Program-made: the position numbers and the translations under genes
DNA from: Nostoc sp. PCC 7120 = FACHB-418
Lineage (GTDB): Bacteria; Cyanobacteriota; Cyanobacteriia; Cyanobacteriales; Nostocaceae
Direction of reading: 5' to 3'
NCBI RefSeq assembly: GCF_000009705.1
Contig: NC_003272.1
Location: 5,460,001 to 5,492,000, forward strand
DNA length: 32,000 nt
In this document: one piece after another, positions 16,608-25,791 of the stretch
Position numbering within the stretch: the stretch's first letter is position 1
Layout: each line of letters starts with the position of its first letter
The notes under the pieces: generated by a model
What the model saw: only the letters and a program-made list of their open reading frames with translations
Told to the model about the DNA's origin: nothing
Database searches by the model: none

Positions 16608-18074
16608 TTACCTATATCCCTGCCAAGGAGTGACTTCTAATTTGCCACTGGGTTGAAAGACTACTTGGTAGTGTGCAAGAGGTTCCTTGTTGTTAGGTGC
16701 GGCTGCATTGGAACCGTAAACAGCTTGGAACATTCTGGGTAAAGGTGTTTCGCGGAAATAGTCAAAAGCTACTTGATTTAGAGGTTCATAGTCAGCAATT
16801 GTGCCTTCTTTGGTGACGGCTACTCGATACTTCAAATCTTTAGTAAAGGTGGGCTTACCACTCCAATTTTGACGTACTGTATCGAAAAGTCTTTGGTTCA
16901 AATCTTTGACGGTGTTAGTATCGGTAATTTTTGCCCCGATTACTTCTGGTGTTCTGACATAACCACGCCAAGGACTAACTTCTAGTACGCCATTGTTGGT
17001 AAATACTACTTTAAATTGGGCGATCGGTTCATTGGCAATGGGGGGACGGTTCGCCGGATTATAAAGTAAGTTGGGCAGAGGTGTTAATTCAATCCCTGCA
17101 TTTGCTCCTTGATTCACTGCTTTATAACCTACAATGGCTCCATCCGCAGCCACACCAACACGGTAAATTAAATTTTCCTTCACGGCGGAACGACTATTCC
17201 AAGCTGGCTCGATTTGGTTCCAAACTTGCCGATTTAATGCCCGAAGTTGGGAAGGATCGGTGATTTCTGTGACTGTATTTAAAAGCGCTTCTAAATCTTT
17301 AACGGTGGGTTGTGTTGTGGCTGCGGGTGTGGCGGTGGGAGTTGCTTCTGGGATGGTTACAGCCGTTGCTGTGGGAGTTGCTGCTGCTATGGGTGTGGTT
17401 GTTGATGCAGGGGTGGGATTGGTGGTGGGAGTATTGGAATTAGTTTGCTCCTCTGGTTTTGGCTCTGGTACACGTATTTGTGGCGCAGGAATGAGACTAA
17501 AGGCGATCGCTGCTACAGCTAAACTGGAAACACCAATAGTTGCAGGTACTGCCTGTTTCAGGACAAGTTGACTAGCACCACCATAACGTCTAGTAACTGG
17601 TTGTAATTCTAGTGATAACTCCGGTAAAGTTTGGGTGTCAGCGAAAAACTGATCTACAGCTTCCACCAAATCAAACAACTGCACCGTATTTAAATCTATT
17701 TCAATTGGTTGTTTATTATAATTAGCGTTTGTATTAAATTCCTCTGGCGCATTCTCAGAATGTACGATTAACTTGTGGTGATTAGTATCTATTTTTTGGA
17801 TTTCCACTAGTTCTGAATCTTGGTTGTGTGCTTGGGGATTCGGCACACTACTCAAAAATTCTTGAGCATAACCGCTTACTGCTCGAACTAAACTTTCAAA
17901 AAATTCCCGTCCTCCCACCAAGGGTTGATTGTATCCAGATAAATAACATTCTGCATTTACCAAAATAGACAGTTCAGGGCGCAATTCCTGAAAATTTGCG
18001 CCTCTACTGGCATCACTTAATCCTTCTAAAAGCAACGTACAATTAGGTAGACTGTACTTTCGTTGAATATTCAT
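16608..18074 (-). CDS. conserved cyanobacterial membrane-anchored protein (DUF4335-like N-domain, TM helix, Pro/Thr linker, duplicated C-terminal module)
   Basis: The N-terminus MNIQRKYSLPNCTLLLEGL matches my memory of DUF4335 proteins. The TM helix is IGVSSLAVAAIAFSLIPAP and a P/T-rich tract spans aa 200-257. Two about 100-aa repeats (aa 271-372 and 383-487) share ITD..LN..W..L.YRV.V..G.I..Y...NQ..TPLP..EP.A...VVF...G.LEV.PW.GY. Confidence 0.8.
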   Translation of the reverse strand: MNIQRKYSLPNCTLLLEGLSDASRGANFQELRPELSILVNAECYLSGYNQPLVGGREFFESLVRAVSGYAQEFLSSVPNPQAHNQDSELVEIQKIDTNHHKLIVHSENAPEEFNTNANYNKQPIEIDLNTVQLFDLVEAVDQFFADTQTLPELSLELQPVTRRYGGASQLVLKQAVPATIGVSSLAVAAIAFSLIPAPQIRVPEPKPEEQTNSNTPTTNPTPASTTTPIAAATPTATAVTIPEATPTATPAATTQPTVKDLEALLNTVTEITDPSQLRALNRQVWNQIEPAWNSRSAVKENLIYRVGVAADGAIVGYKAVNQGANAGIELTPLPNLLYNPANRPPIANEPIAQFKVVFTNNGVLEVSPWRGYVRTPEVIGAKITDTNTVKDLNQRLFDTVRQNWSGKPTFTKDLKYRVAVTKEGTIADYEPLNQVAFDYFRETPLPRMFQAVYGSNAAAPNNKEPLAHYQVVFQPSGKLEVTPWQGYR

Positions 18075-18697
18075 TCCACTTCACCGTCAAATAGACTAAT
18101 CCAAAATCGCTGCATCCCAGCAGTACCAGTACAAAATAACAATTGTCCTAACAGATTTATCGCTAGTTCATCTAACTTCTCATCAGAATTTAATGCTAAT
18201 GCACCAAAACGGCGGGCATTCATTCTACTCTTAAAATGCGCTCTAAATCTTTCTAAATAATTAGATAGGCGTAAATTCTGTTCCAGGGGAATTTGCTTGT
18301 CATTCATTTGTTGACAAATCATCAACATCTGGCGAATAACTACTGTTAAGCGCCTCGCTATGTAACAAGCGATAACGACTAAAGCCTTTGCTTCCATGAT
18401 GGTTAAAGGCCGGCGAATATGCGCTCGTCTAATCGGGTTAGAACTCCGCATTCGCCACAAATTCACCCGGTCTTTGACAATTCCCTTTAAATCCAATTCT
18501 GCCGCAAAAGTCAGGATAGCTTCAGAACCACCTAGTTCTAAAGCTTCAATTGCCAGTAAAATTAAATCAATTTGCAACCTGGTGCGTGCAGGACATCCAT
18601 GTCCAGCGATCGCAGGATCTGGTAAAGTATCCAAAATCATCGGTAGAGATGGAGGCGTTGGACTGTTAAATGGCGTTAAGCTAGCAGAAGCATTCAT
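18071..18697 (-). CDS. conserved cyanobacterial protein (DUF3038-like)
   Basis: It is a 208-aa soluble protein. The LQIDLILLAIEALELGGSEA block is as I remember for DUF3038. Its stop overlaps the downstream start as ATGA (18071-18074). Confidence 0.7.
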   Translation of the reverse strand: MNASASLTPFNSPTPPSLPMILDTLPDPAIAGHGCPARTRLQIDLILLAIEALELGGSEAILTFAAELDLKGIVKDRVNLWRMRSSNPIRRAHIRRPLTIMEAKALVVIACYIARRLTVVIRQMLMICQQMNDKQIPLEQNLRLSNYLERFRAHFKSRMNARRFGALALNSDEKLDELAINLLGQLLFCTGTAGMQRFWISLFDGEVE

Positions 18698-19016
18698 TCT
18701 CTCAAATACCTTGTGCAGTTCTAATAGACTAGATAAAACTAGTACAACTAATTTAAGATAAACAGCTAAACTACAAGATTAAACTTGCGGCATCAGCCTG
18801 GCTATTTGATATACACATTACTTAAATTGTTTTACTTAGAAATTGACCTATAAGTACATCTGTGTTTTTAAAGCATAATTTTATTCTCCTGCTTTATGAG
18901 TATAAATCCATCTTTAAGCTTGATGTAGATTACCTCTATCGTCAATGGATAACGAGATAGTAGCCTTTAGCCCAAGCGTATGACATTATAGTGTACGATT
19001 TTTCAGGTGTAAGTAA

Positions 19017-19175
19017 GGGGCTAGGGATTGGGGACTCAGGACTAGGGATGAAGAAAAGGGAGAAGAGGAAGTATGAGGAGTAATAATTCCTTGCTCCGGA
19101 CTGATAACCCCTCAAATCCCCAGTACCCAATCCCCAACCCCCAGTACCCAATCCCCAATCCCCAGTACCCAATCT
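19017..19175. repeat. opposed STRR1 arrays (GGGGACT-type left, CCCCAGT/CCCCAAT-type right) immediately upstream of apt
   Basis: The left array is ggggctagggattggggactcaggactagggatg (19017-19050). The right array is ccccagtacccaatccccaacccccagtacccaatccccaatccccagtacccaatct, ending at the apt ATG. Confidence 0.85.
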
Positions 19176-19694
19176 ATGGATTTAAAATCTCTCATTCGTG
19201 ACATCCCTGATTTTCCTAAGCCCGGAATTTTATTTCGAGATATCACTACTCTACTGCGCGATCGCCAAGGATTGCGATACACTATTGACTTTTTAGCGGA
19301 AAAATGCTCTGAGGCAAACTTAAATATAGATTACGTGATAGGCATGGAGTCACGGGGGTTTATTTTTGGTACTCCCTTAGCCTATAAATTAGGGGCTGGT
19401 TTTATTCCTGTCCGCAAAAAAGGTAAGTTACCCGCAGCAGTTCACTCGATTGAGTATGAATTAGAGTATGGCACTGACTGTTTAGAAGTACATCGGGATG
19501 CTTTACATCCAGATAGTCGAGTGCTAATTGTAGATGATTTGATTGCCACAGGTGGCACAGCCAGCGCCACCGCCAAGCTAGTGCAGCAGATTGGCTGCGA
19601 ATTAGTGGGATTTGGGTTTATTATCGAGCTACGGGATTTACAAGGGCGAAAACATCTACCCGATGTACCCATTATTTCCTTAGTGGAATATTAG
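19176..19694 (+). CDS. apt: adenine phosphoribosyltransferase
   Basis: [16 protein letters not shown] is present, the PRPP loop is [14 protein letters not shown], and length is 172 aa. Confidence 0.93.
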
Positions 19695-19793
19695 GTAATA
19701 ACTTAAAGTCCACAGTCAATAGTCCAAAGTCGTAGAAATTGACTATTGAATGAAAAAAAGGAGATGAGCCGTCTAAATGAATGTATAGAGACT

Positions 19794-19821
19794 GTTAATT
19801 TTGAATTTTGAATTTTGAATT
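19794..19821. repeat. STRR heptamer array (TTGAATT x3-4), reverse complement of the array at 16376
   Basis: Direct reading gives gttaatt ttgaatt ttgaatt ttgaatt. Confidence 0.85.
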
Positions 19822-20873
19822 CGGAGCGAAGCGACGTGACATCTACAAGAATTACCTGGGAAAGCAGTTGGGATTGGCTGATTAGGCTAGTTACCAGCGA
19901 AACGTTCATTTATGTGGTGAAGCGGATTTTGCAGGCGCTGTTGACTTTGTTTTTGGCTTCAGCGCTGTCATTTTTCATCATGAAGTTATCTCCTGGGGAT
20001 TATGTAGATACATTGCGACAAAATCCGAAAATTTCACCAGAACGCATCGAAGAACTCAAGAGACAGTTTGGTTTAGATAAGTCTTGGGTAGAACAATATT
20101 GGCTGTGGTTATGGCGGATTATCACCAAAGGAGATTTTGGCACGAGTTTTGTTTACCAGCGCTCAGTATCATCTCTGCTATGGGAAAGAATACCAGCAAC
20201 TTTACTACTAGCGATCGCTTCTTTAATCATGACATGGGCGATCGCTATTCCTTTAGGAATCGTTGCGGCGGTCAAACAAAATCGAGCCACTGACAGAATT
20301 TTACAGGTGATTAGCTACACAGGGCAGGGATTTCCCAGCTTTATTACTGTGTTGTTTCTGCTCGTATTTGCTCAAGTCAGTTCGCCTCTGTTTCCAGTAG
20401 GTGGGATGACAAGCATCGACCACGCTGATTTATCTTGGTTCGGTAAAATTATTGATGTCGGCTGGCACATGATTTTACCTACCATCGCCTTAAGTATCAC
20501 TAGTTTCGCCGGTTTACAACGCATCACTCGCGGCGAATTATTAGACGTATTGCGGCAAGATTACATTCAAACAGCACGCGCCAAAGGATTACCAGAAAAT
20601 CGCGTGATTTACGTTCATGCACTGCGTAATGCCATTAATCCCCTGATTACTCTGTTAGGCTTTGAGTTAGCTGGTTTATTAGGTGGTGCATTTATCGCCG
20701 AGCAATTTTTCAACTGGCCAGGTTTAGGTAGATTAACTTTGCAAGCAGTCATCGCCAAAGACCAGTATTTAGTCATGGCAAGTTTAGTCATGAGTGCCGT
20801 TTTACTGAATGTAGGCAACTTACTAGCCGATTTATTACTCAAAGTAGCCGACCCACGCATCCGCTTAGAATAG
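19815..20873 (+). CDS. ABC transporter permease, DppB/OppB-like (peptide/nickel family); start uncertain
   Basis: The EAA loop is QDYIQTARAKGLPENRVIYVHALRNAINP and the N-terminal helix is VKRILQALLTLFLASALSFFIMKLSPGDY. The track start TTG 19815 lies inside an STRR array, so GTG 19836 or GTG 19914 is a more plausible start. Confidence 0.8.
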   Translation: MNSERSDVTSTRITWESSWDWLIRLVTSETFIYVVKRILQALLTLFLASALSFFIMKLSPGDYVDTLRQNPKISPERIEELKRQFGLDKSWVEQYWLWLWRIITKGDFGTSFVYQRSVSSLLWERIPATLLLAIASLIMTWAIAIPLGIVAAVKQNRATDRILQVISYTGQGFPSFITVLFLLVFAQVSSPLFPVGGMTSIDHADLSWFGKIIDVGWHMILPTIALSITSFAGLQRITRGELLDVLRQDYIQTARAKGLPENRVIYVHALRNAINPLITLLGFELAGLLGGAFIAEQFFNWPGLGRLTLQAVIAKDQYLVMASLVMSAVLLNVGNLLADLLLKVADPRIRLE

Positions 20874-20900
20874 TTAACTGTTCTCCTCACTCATCTTCCC

Positions 20901-21182
20901 ATGTTGTCCGAAGTACATTATCTAATACGCTCAAAAGCTGATGGCCGTTATATTACTGCTCGTCCCCATGAGGATGAGTCTGGCTATTTGTTATTATTTC
21001 GAGAAAATTTTGAGGCTTTAAGCTATCTCAACACCCATGCAGCAGATGTAGCCCATCGCTTTACTATTGAATCTATTCCGGGTACACAGTTGGGAAGTTT
21101 GCTCAAACGCTGGGGTTTTACTGGTGTCGCCGTAGTTACTGACCCTTTATTACCTACAGTTGAGTTTTTACAGCACAGCTAA
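20901..21182 (+). CDS. small conserved hypothetical protein (93 aa)
   Basis: It is a clean ATG ORF 27 nt after the permease stop with non-repetitive composition. I do not recognise the family. Confidence 0.55.
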   Translation: MLSEVHYLIRSKADGRYITARPHEDESGYLLLFRENFEALSYLNTHAADVAHRFTIESIPGTQLGSLLKRWGFTGVAVVTDPLLPTVEFLQHS

Positions 21183-21436
21183 TTAGAAGAACTCTCAATA
21201 ATATATTTTCGTAAAGGTAGTGACTAATATTTCACCGTAACTTAAATCTTATTTAACGTAATTAAAGGCTTTTCGCGCTTTTACTTAGTATTAATACTGA
21301 AATTAAATTCAGAATTAATAGTATCTAAAAATACTTTTGAAAAACCAATACTGTTACGCTTGATGATAATAAGGGAATATTAATGTGTGAATGTCTAGAC
21401 CTAATAGTGGGTTTAGAGATATTTGGAGATTCACCC

Positions 21437-22312
21437 ATGACCAAGATTGCTGACTCAATTATCATCGGAAGTATAATTTTAGGTTTGTGCAGTTGTGCAT
21501 CAATTAACTCCAGTACACCCAAAACCTCAAATCAAGTTACTAGTCCTACAAGTTCCACAAACCAGAAGATAATTAAAATTGGTGGTTCCACTTCTACCGG
21601 AACAGTGTTAAAACTATTGGCAAAAGCTTATCAATCTCAAAATAAAAACGTCAAAATAGAATTTATTTCTGATAATCAGTCAGAGGGAGCGATCGCTGCC
21701 TTAAAAAATGACATCATTGATATTGCTGGTAGCAGTCACAAAATTACAAAGGCAGAAGATAACGGTCAGATTCAATATCGTGAATTGGCAAAGGATTTGT
21801 TATTAGTTGCTACCAATAACAGCGTGAAAGGTGTTACCAATTTATCGAATCAGCAGTTAAAAGCAATTTACCAAGGTAGAATTACTAACTGGCAACAATT
21901 AGGTGGCTCTAATGCAAACATTATTGTGTTAGATAGACCTGAAGACGAGTCAGCAAAAAAATTATTACGAAAATACTATTTAGGTGGAGACAAGACTACA
22001 ACTAAAGCAGTTATTTTGAATAAGGAAGGAGAATTAATAGAAACTTTACAGATTACACCTAATTCTATTGGTGCTTTTTCTTTAGCAACTTCTGTAATTA
22101 ATAAATTACCAATCAATCGCCTTAGTCTCAATGGTGTTGCCCCCACGGTCGAAAATTTCACCAGTGGTAAATACCAAATGGTACGTCAGATTGGCATAAT
22201 TTGGGATAAAAAACCTTCCACTTCTACTGAGAATTTTATTAACTTTATATTTAGCAAAGAAGGCGAGAAAATTCTCAAAGACAATGGCTTTGTCCCTACC
22301 TCATCAATTTAA
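21437..22312 (+). CDS. PstS-family (PBP_like_2) substrate-binding lipoprotein not linked to a transporter
   Basis: The lipobox is IILGLCSC. IKIGGSTSTG, SEGAIAALKNDIIDIAG and LSNQQLKAIYQGRITNWQQLGG are typical of phosphate-type periplasmic binding proteins. The start is set at ATG 21437, which has GGAG 8 nt upstream, rather than the track start 21383. Confidence 0.8.
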   Translation: MTKIADSIIIGSIILGLCSCASINSSTPKTSNQVTSPTSSTNQKIIKIGGSTSTGTVLKLLAKAYQSQNKNVKIEFISDNQSEGAIAALKNDIIDIAGSSHKITKAEDNGQIQYRELAKDLLLVATNNSVKGVTNLSNQQLKAIYQGRITNWQQLGGSNANIIVLDRPEDESAKKLLRKYYLGGDKTTTKAVILNKEGELIETLQITPNSIGAFSLATSVINKLPINRLSLNGVAPTVENFTSGKYQMVRQIGIIWDKKPSTSTENFINFIFSKEGEKILKDNGFVPTSSI

Positions 22313-22321
22313 TAACTTACT

Positions 22322-24388
22322 ATGCAGAGATTTTTTCGGCGGCTAAATCTGAGCCAAAAAATTGTCATACCCTTACTCATGGTTTACTTAAGTGTATTCA
22401 TGTTGGGTTTAGTAGTTATAGGCCATTGGTTTACAGAGAGTTTAGAACAGAATTTCCGTCAAGATGTGAAAAATTTTACTGAGCGGGTTTATCAGGATTT
22501 GCAGTATGAACAGCACGTTCTAGAAACGGAAATCAAACTAATTTCCTATCAAGATAAACTTCGCCAAGCTATTGAGGAACGGGATCAAGGGTTATTGTTG
22601 CAGATATTATTGCCACTGAGGACAGTATTAGGATTGGATTGGCTGAAGGTAGTTGATCCTAACGGTAATGTCCTGACAGATTTACGTAGCACTTCCTTAA
22701 CTCAGGCGAAATTATTAGATCAAATAATTAGCAGTAGTGCTAGTAGTGGAGCGCAAATCACTGATCTGGTAGATGTGGATGGTGAGACAAAAATTCTCCA
22801 GACCGTGACTTATGGAATCAAATCACCGATAGGATTACTAGGCGGAATCATCATTGGTAAGTCTGTAGATGATACCCTCCTCAAAAAAATTGCTGCTGGT
22901 TCTTCCAAACATTTAATTACCCAAAGAAACAATCGTATAGTTGCGACAACTCTATTAGCTGCACAGCAAGGTAACTGGCAATTTCCCGCCCATAATTTGC
23001 CAGTTACACAAATTATGGTTAACAAACGCAACTATTTAGCCAAAAGCATTTTATTTTCTGGGGCTACTCAGACATTGACTACAACTGTGTTGTATCCCAC
23101 ATCCCTACTAGAAGCAGCACAATGGAGACTATGGAAACATTTGGGGTTTTTGTATGTGTTGGGTAGTGGTATTGTAGCGATCGCTGGATTTTTAACAGCT
23201 AGAACAATTACTCGTCCCTTGCAAGCCGTTACTCAGGTTGCACAACGAGTTACCCAAGACTCTAACTTTAATCTCCAAACCTCCGTTACCACTGAAGACG
23301 AAGTTGGTATTCTAGCTATTTCCTTAAATCAGTTGATTCAACAAGTCAAGTTACTACTGGCGGAACAGTATGAAGGGCAAAAAAAGCTAGAAGCTTATAA
23401 CCAAACATTAGAACAAAGAGTTGAAGAGCGTACACAAGCACTGCAACAAAAAAATATTTCCCTCAGAAATACTTTACGGGAACTCAAACTTACACAATCA
23501 CAATTAATCCAGCATGAAAAAATGTCTTCTTTGGGACAATTAGTGGCTGGTATTGCCCACGAAATCAACAACCCAGTTAATTTTATTTACGGAAACCTCA
23601 ACTATACTGACGAATACATTCAGCAACTACTTAAATTATTTCAGCTTTATCAAAAATATTATCCCAATCCAGAGCGAGAGATTCAAGAAGCGCAGGAAGA
23701 AGCTGAGATTGAATATGTCATAGAGGATTTACCAAAAATATTGGCTTCGATGAAAATCGGTGCATCTCGTATCCGGGAAATTGTACTGAGTTTGCGGATA
23801 TTTTCTCGTTTGGATGAAGCCGAGTTTAAAACGGCTGATTTGCATGAAGGCATTAATAGTACCTTATTGATCTTACAACACCGGATTAAAGCACAAACTG
23901 TCAAAGCGATCGCCTACAGTGAGCGGAACGACATCACCGATAATTTGAACAAAAAGGAAATTTTTGATAAGCATCGTCCGCAAATAGAAATTGTCAAAGA
24001 GTATGGTGATATTCCCAAAATCCCTTGTTTCGCAGGGCAAATGAACCAAGTATTTATGAATATCTTAGCCAATGCCATTGATGCCCTAGAAGAAGCATTC
24101 TGTGATGGGCTTTGTCCAGAACCAACTATTCACATTACTTCCTCTCAGGTAAATGAAAGCATCGTAATTGCAATTGCTGATAACGGCACAGGAATTCCTC
24201 AGGAGGTACAATCTCGTTTGTTTGACCCTTTTTTTACTACTAAACCCGTGGGAAAAGGAACTGGTATGGGACTATCAATTAGCTACCAGATTATTACTGA
24301 AAAACATGGTGGCACTTTACAGTGCATTTCATCCTCAGGACAGGGAACAAAATTTGTCATAACAATTCCCATCCGTTTAGCCGATTAA
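22322..24388 (+). CDS. membrane sensor histidine kinase (about 240-aa periplasmic sensor, HAMP, coiled coil, HisKA-like H-box, HATPase_c)
   Basis: The TM helices are IVIPLLMVYLSVFMLGLVVIGHWF and LGFLYVLGSGIVAIAGFLTA. HAMP is TRPLQAVTQVAQRV..DEVGILAISLNQLI. The H-box is SSLGQLVAGIAHEINNP, the N-box is VFMNILANAIDAL, G1 is DNGTGI and G2 is GKGTGMGLS. It starts 9 nt after the binding-protein stop. Confidence 0.9.
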   Translation: MQRFFRRLNLSQKIVIPLLMVYLSVFMLGLVVIGHWFTESLEQNFRQDVKNFTERVYQDLQYEQHVLETEIKLISYQDKLRQAIEERDQGLLLQILLPLRTVLGLDWLKVVDPNGNVLTDLRSTSLTQAKLLDQIISSSASSGAQITDLVDVDGETKILQTVTYGIKSPIGLLGGIIIGKSVDDTLLKKIAAGSSKHLITQRNNRIVATTLLAAQQGNWQFPAHNLPVTQIMVNKRNYLAKSILFSGATQTLTTTVLYPTSLLEAAQWRLWKHLGFLYVLGSGIVAIAGFLTARTITRPLQAVTQVAQRVTQDSNFNLQTSVTTEDEVGILAISLNQLIQQVKLLLAEQYEGQKKLEAYNQTLEQRVEERTQALQQKNISLRNTLRELKLTQSQLIQHEKMSSLGQLVAGIAHEINNPVNFIYGNLNYTDEYIQQLLKLFQLYQKYYPNPEREIQEAQEEAEIEYVIEDLPKILASMKIGASRIREIVLSLRIFSRLDEAEFKTADLHEGINSTLLILQHRIKAQTVKAIAYSERNDITDNLNKKEIFDKHRPQIEIVKEYGDIPKIPCFAGQMNQVFMNILANAIDALEEAFCDGLCPEPTIHITSSQVNESIVIAIADNGTGIPQEVQSRLFDPFFTTKPVGKGTGMGLSISYQIITEKHGGTLQCISSSGQGTKFVITIPIRLAD

Positions 24389-24476
24389 ATACTTTTAGGT
24401 ATTAAAAATCATCGCATTCTCTATCTTCACTACTAATCTGCTAATCTGGTTTTGCATCAATTGAGTTGAGCAACAG

Positions 24477-25118
24477 ATGGGAATTCTGAATCTATTTACA
24501 GCCGGTGGTGTGGTTATGTGGCCTCTGCTGGCGTTCTCCTTATTAGCGGTAGCACTAATCATCGAACGTATCAGCTTTTGGGTAAGAATTTTGGGCAAGC
24601 AAAACCTCATAGTACGGGAAGTTCTGAGACTTTACCAACTAGATAATGTGGTTAGCACCTTAGAAGCATTACGGCAAAATGCCGATTTACCCATCGCGCG
24701 AATTTTCCTCGCCGCTTTAGAATTGGAGGAGCCGACACCAGAAGAATTTCGATTGGCTTTAGAAAGTGAAGCCCAGGCTGAGATACCTGTACTCAAACGC
24801 TTTCAAAATATTTTTGATACCATAATTGGTCTCGCGCCCTTATTAGGGTTACTTGGTACTGTTTTGGGATTAATTAATTCCTTTGCATCTTTAGACATCG
24901 GTGATGTGGGAGGAACAAAGACGGCTGGTGTAACGGCTGGTATTAGTGAAGCCTTAGTTTCTACTGCATCTGGCTTGGTTGTTGCTATCCTGACACTGTT
25001 TTTTGCTAATAGTTTCCGGGGTTTCTATCAGCGTCAAATTGCCTGGATTCAGGAGTATGGGGGACAGCTAGAATTACTCTACCGTCGTCGTTACGAGAGG
25101 AGAGGCAAGCAAGGTTGA
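24477..25118 (+). CDS. MotA/TolQ/ExbB-family proton channel protein
   Basis: Length is 213 aa. The N-terminus is GGVVMWPLLAFSLLAVALIIERISFW and the conserved C-terminal helices are APLLGLLGTVLGLINSF and GISEALVSTASGLVVAI. Confidence 0.88.
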   Translation: MGILNLFTAGGVVMWPLLAFSLLAVALIIERISFWVRILGKQNLIVREVLRLYQLDNVVSTLEALRQNADLPIARIFLAALELEEPTPEEFRLALESEAQAEIPVLKRFQNIFDTIIGLAPLLGLLGTVLGLINSFASLDIGDVGGTKTAGVTAGISEALVSTASGLVVAILTLFFANSFRGFYQRQIAWIQEYGGQLELLYRRRYERRGKQG

Positions 25119-25287
25119 AATTTAAACCCGGAGCTAGATAGAGAAATCGCTAGGAATTACTGTATTAAGTAATTGGTAATTGTATTTTATTGTTACTAAT
25201 TACTGATGTTAACTGGGATGTTTGCTGTAGAATTTTTAGTTCTAACTAGTATTCGCAAAGAGTAAATTGTTTTTCAGAGGGTAGTTT

Positions 25288-25494
25288 ATGACTATTTGGG
25301 TAAATGAGCAGATTGATCCATCAGGTATGATTCATGCCTGTATTGCCTCTTGCAACGAGTCCCAAGCCCAAGATTGCCATGCATCGTTTCAAAATAACTT
25401 AACGGATAATCAAAAGGCTTCTGGCTGGGTAGCGCGCTTACGAACAGTCAATTCTTGGGATGAAGTGCCGGTGAACGCTTTAAAACTTGATTAA
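25288..25494 (+). CDS. hypothetical small protein (68 aa, three Cys)
   Basis: The ATG is preceded by gaggg 7 nt upstream. The sequence is non-repetitive and I recognise no family. Confidence 0.4.
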   Translation: MTIWVNEQIDPSGMIHACIASCNESQAQDCHASFQNNLTDNQKASGWVARLRTVNSWDEVPVNALKLD

Positions 25495-25791
25495 TTGGGG
25501 GTCTGTAACTGTCCTCTGGGATTCGCAAAATTATCTATTCTTAGAAGCGGTCATGGGTAATAGGTAATGGGACTGTAATAATTATTAAATCCGTTAGCAT
25601 GGCCCATTACAAATTACAAATTGCTAGGTGAGGTTAATAAAATATAAAAATTAGATTAAAACTGGGCAATATATAGGCTAAATTTTCCCTAAGACATAAC
25701 TGTTGCTGAAAATTTTATGAATTTTTGGAAGTATTAAGAGTTATCATCGATTCTAAAGAATAAATTAAAAAGTTGCAAAAACCGAATCAAT

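Noticed and set aside
19095-19100. TCCGGA (heterocyst DIF1-type promoter motif) upstream of apt
   Set aside because: This palindromic hexamer is expected several times per 32 kb by chance. It also sits inside an STRR-flanked spacer with no supporting -10 element.
18942-19172. 76-aa minus-strand ORF ([18 protein letters not shown]..)
   Set aside because: It is a translation of the STRR1 heptamer arrays upstream of apt, not a plausible protein.
21241-21259. Pho-box-like units CTTAAATC and TTTAACGT in 11-bp phase upstream of the PstS-like/kinase operon
   Set aside because: Only two units are present, both are imperfect, and TTAA is frequent in this very AT-rich spacer. The evidence is insufficient on its own, though worth testing alongside the SBP-kinase finding.
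25119-25287. Searched for an ExbD/TolR remnant after the ExbB-like gene
   Set aside because: The gap is too short, contains TAATTGG/TAATTGT-type repeats, and has no hydrophobic-helix-encoding frame.
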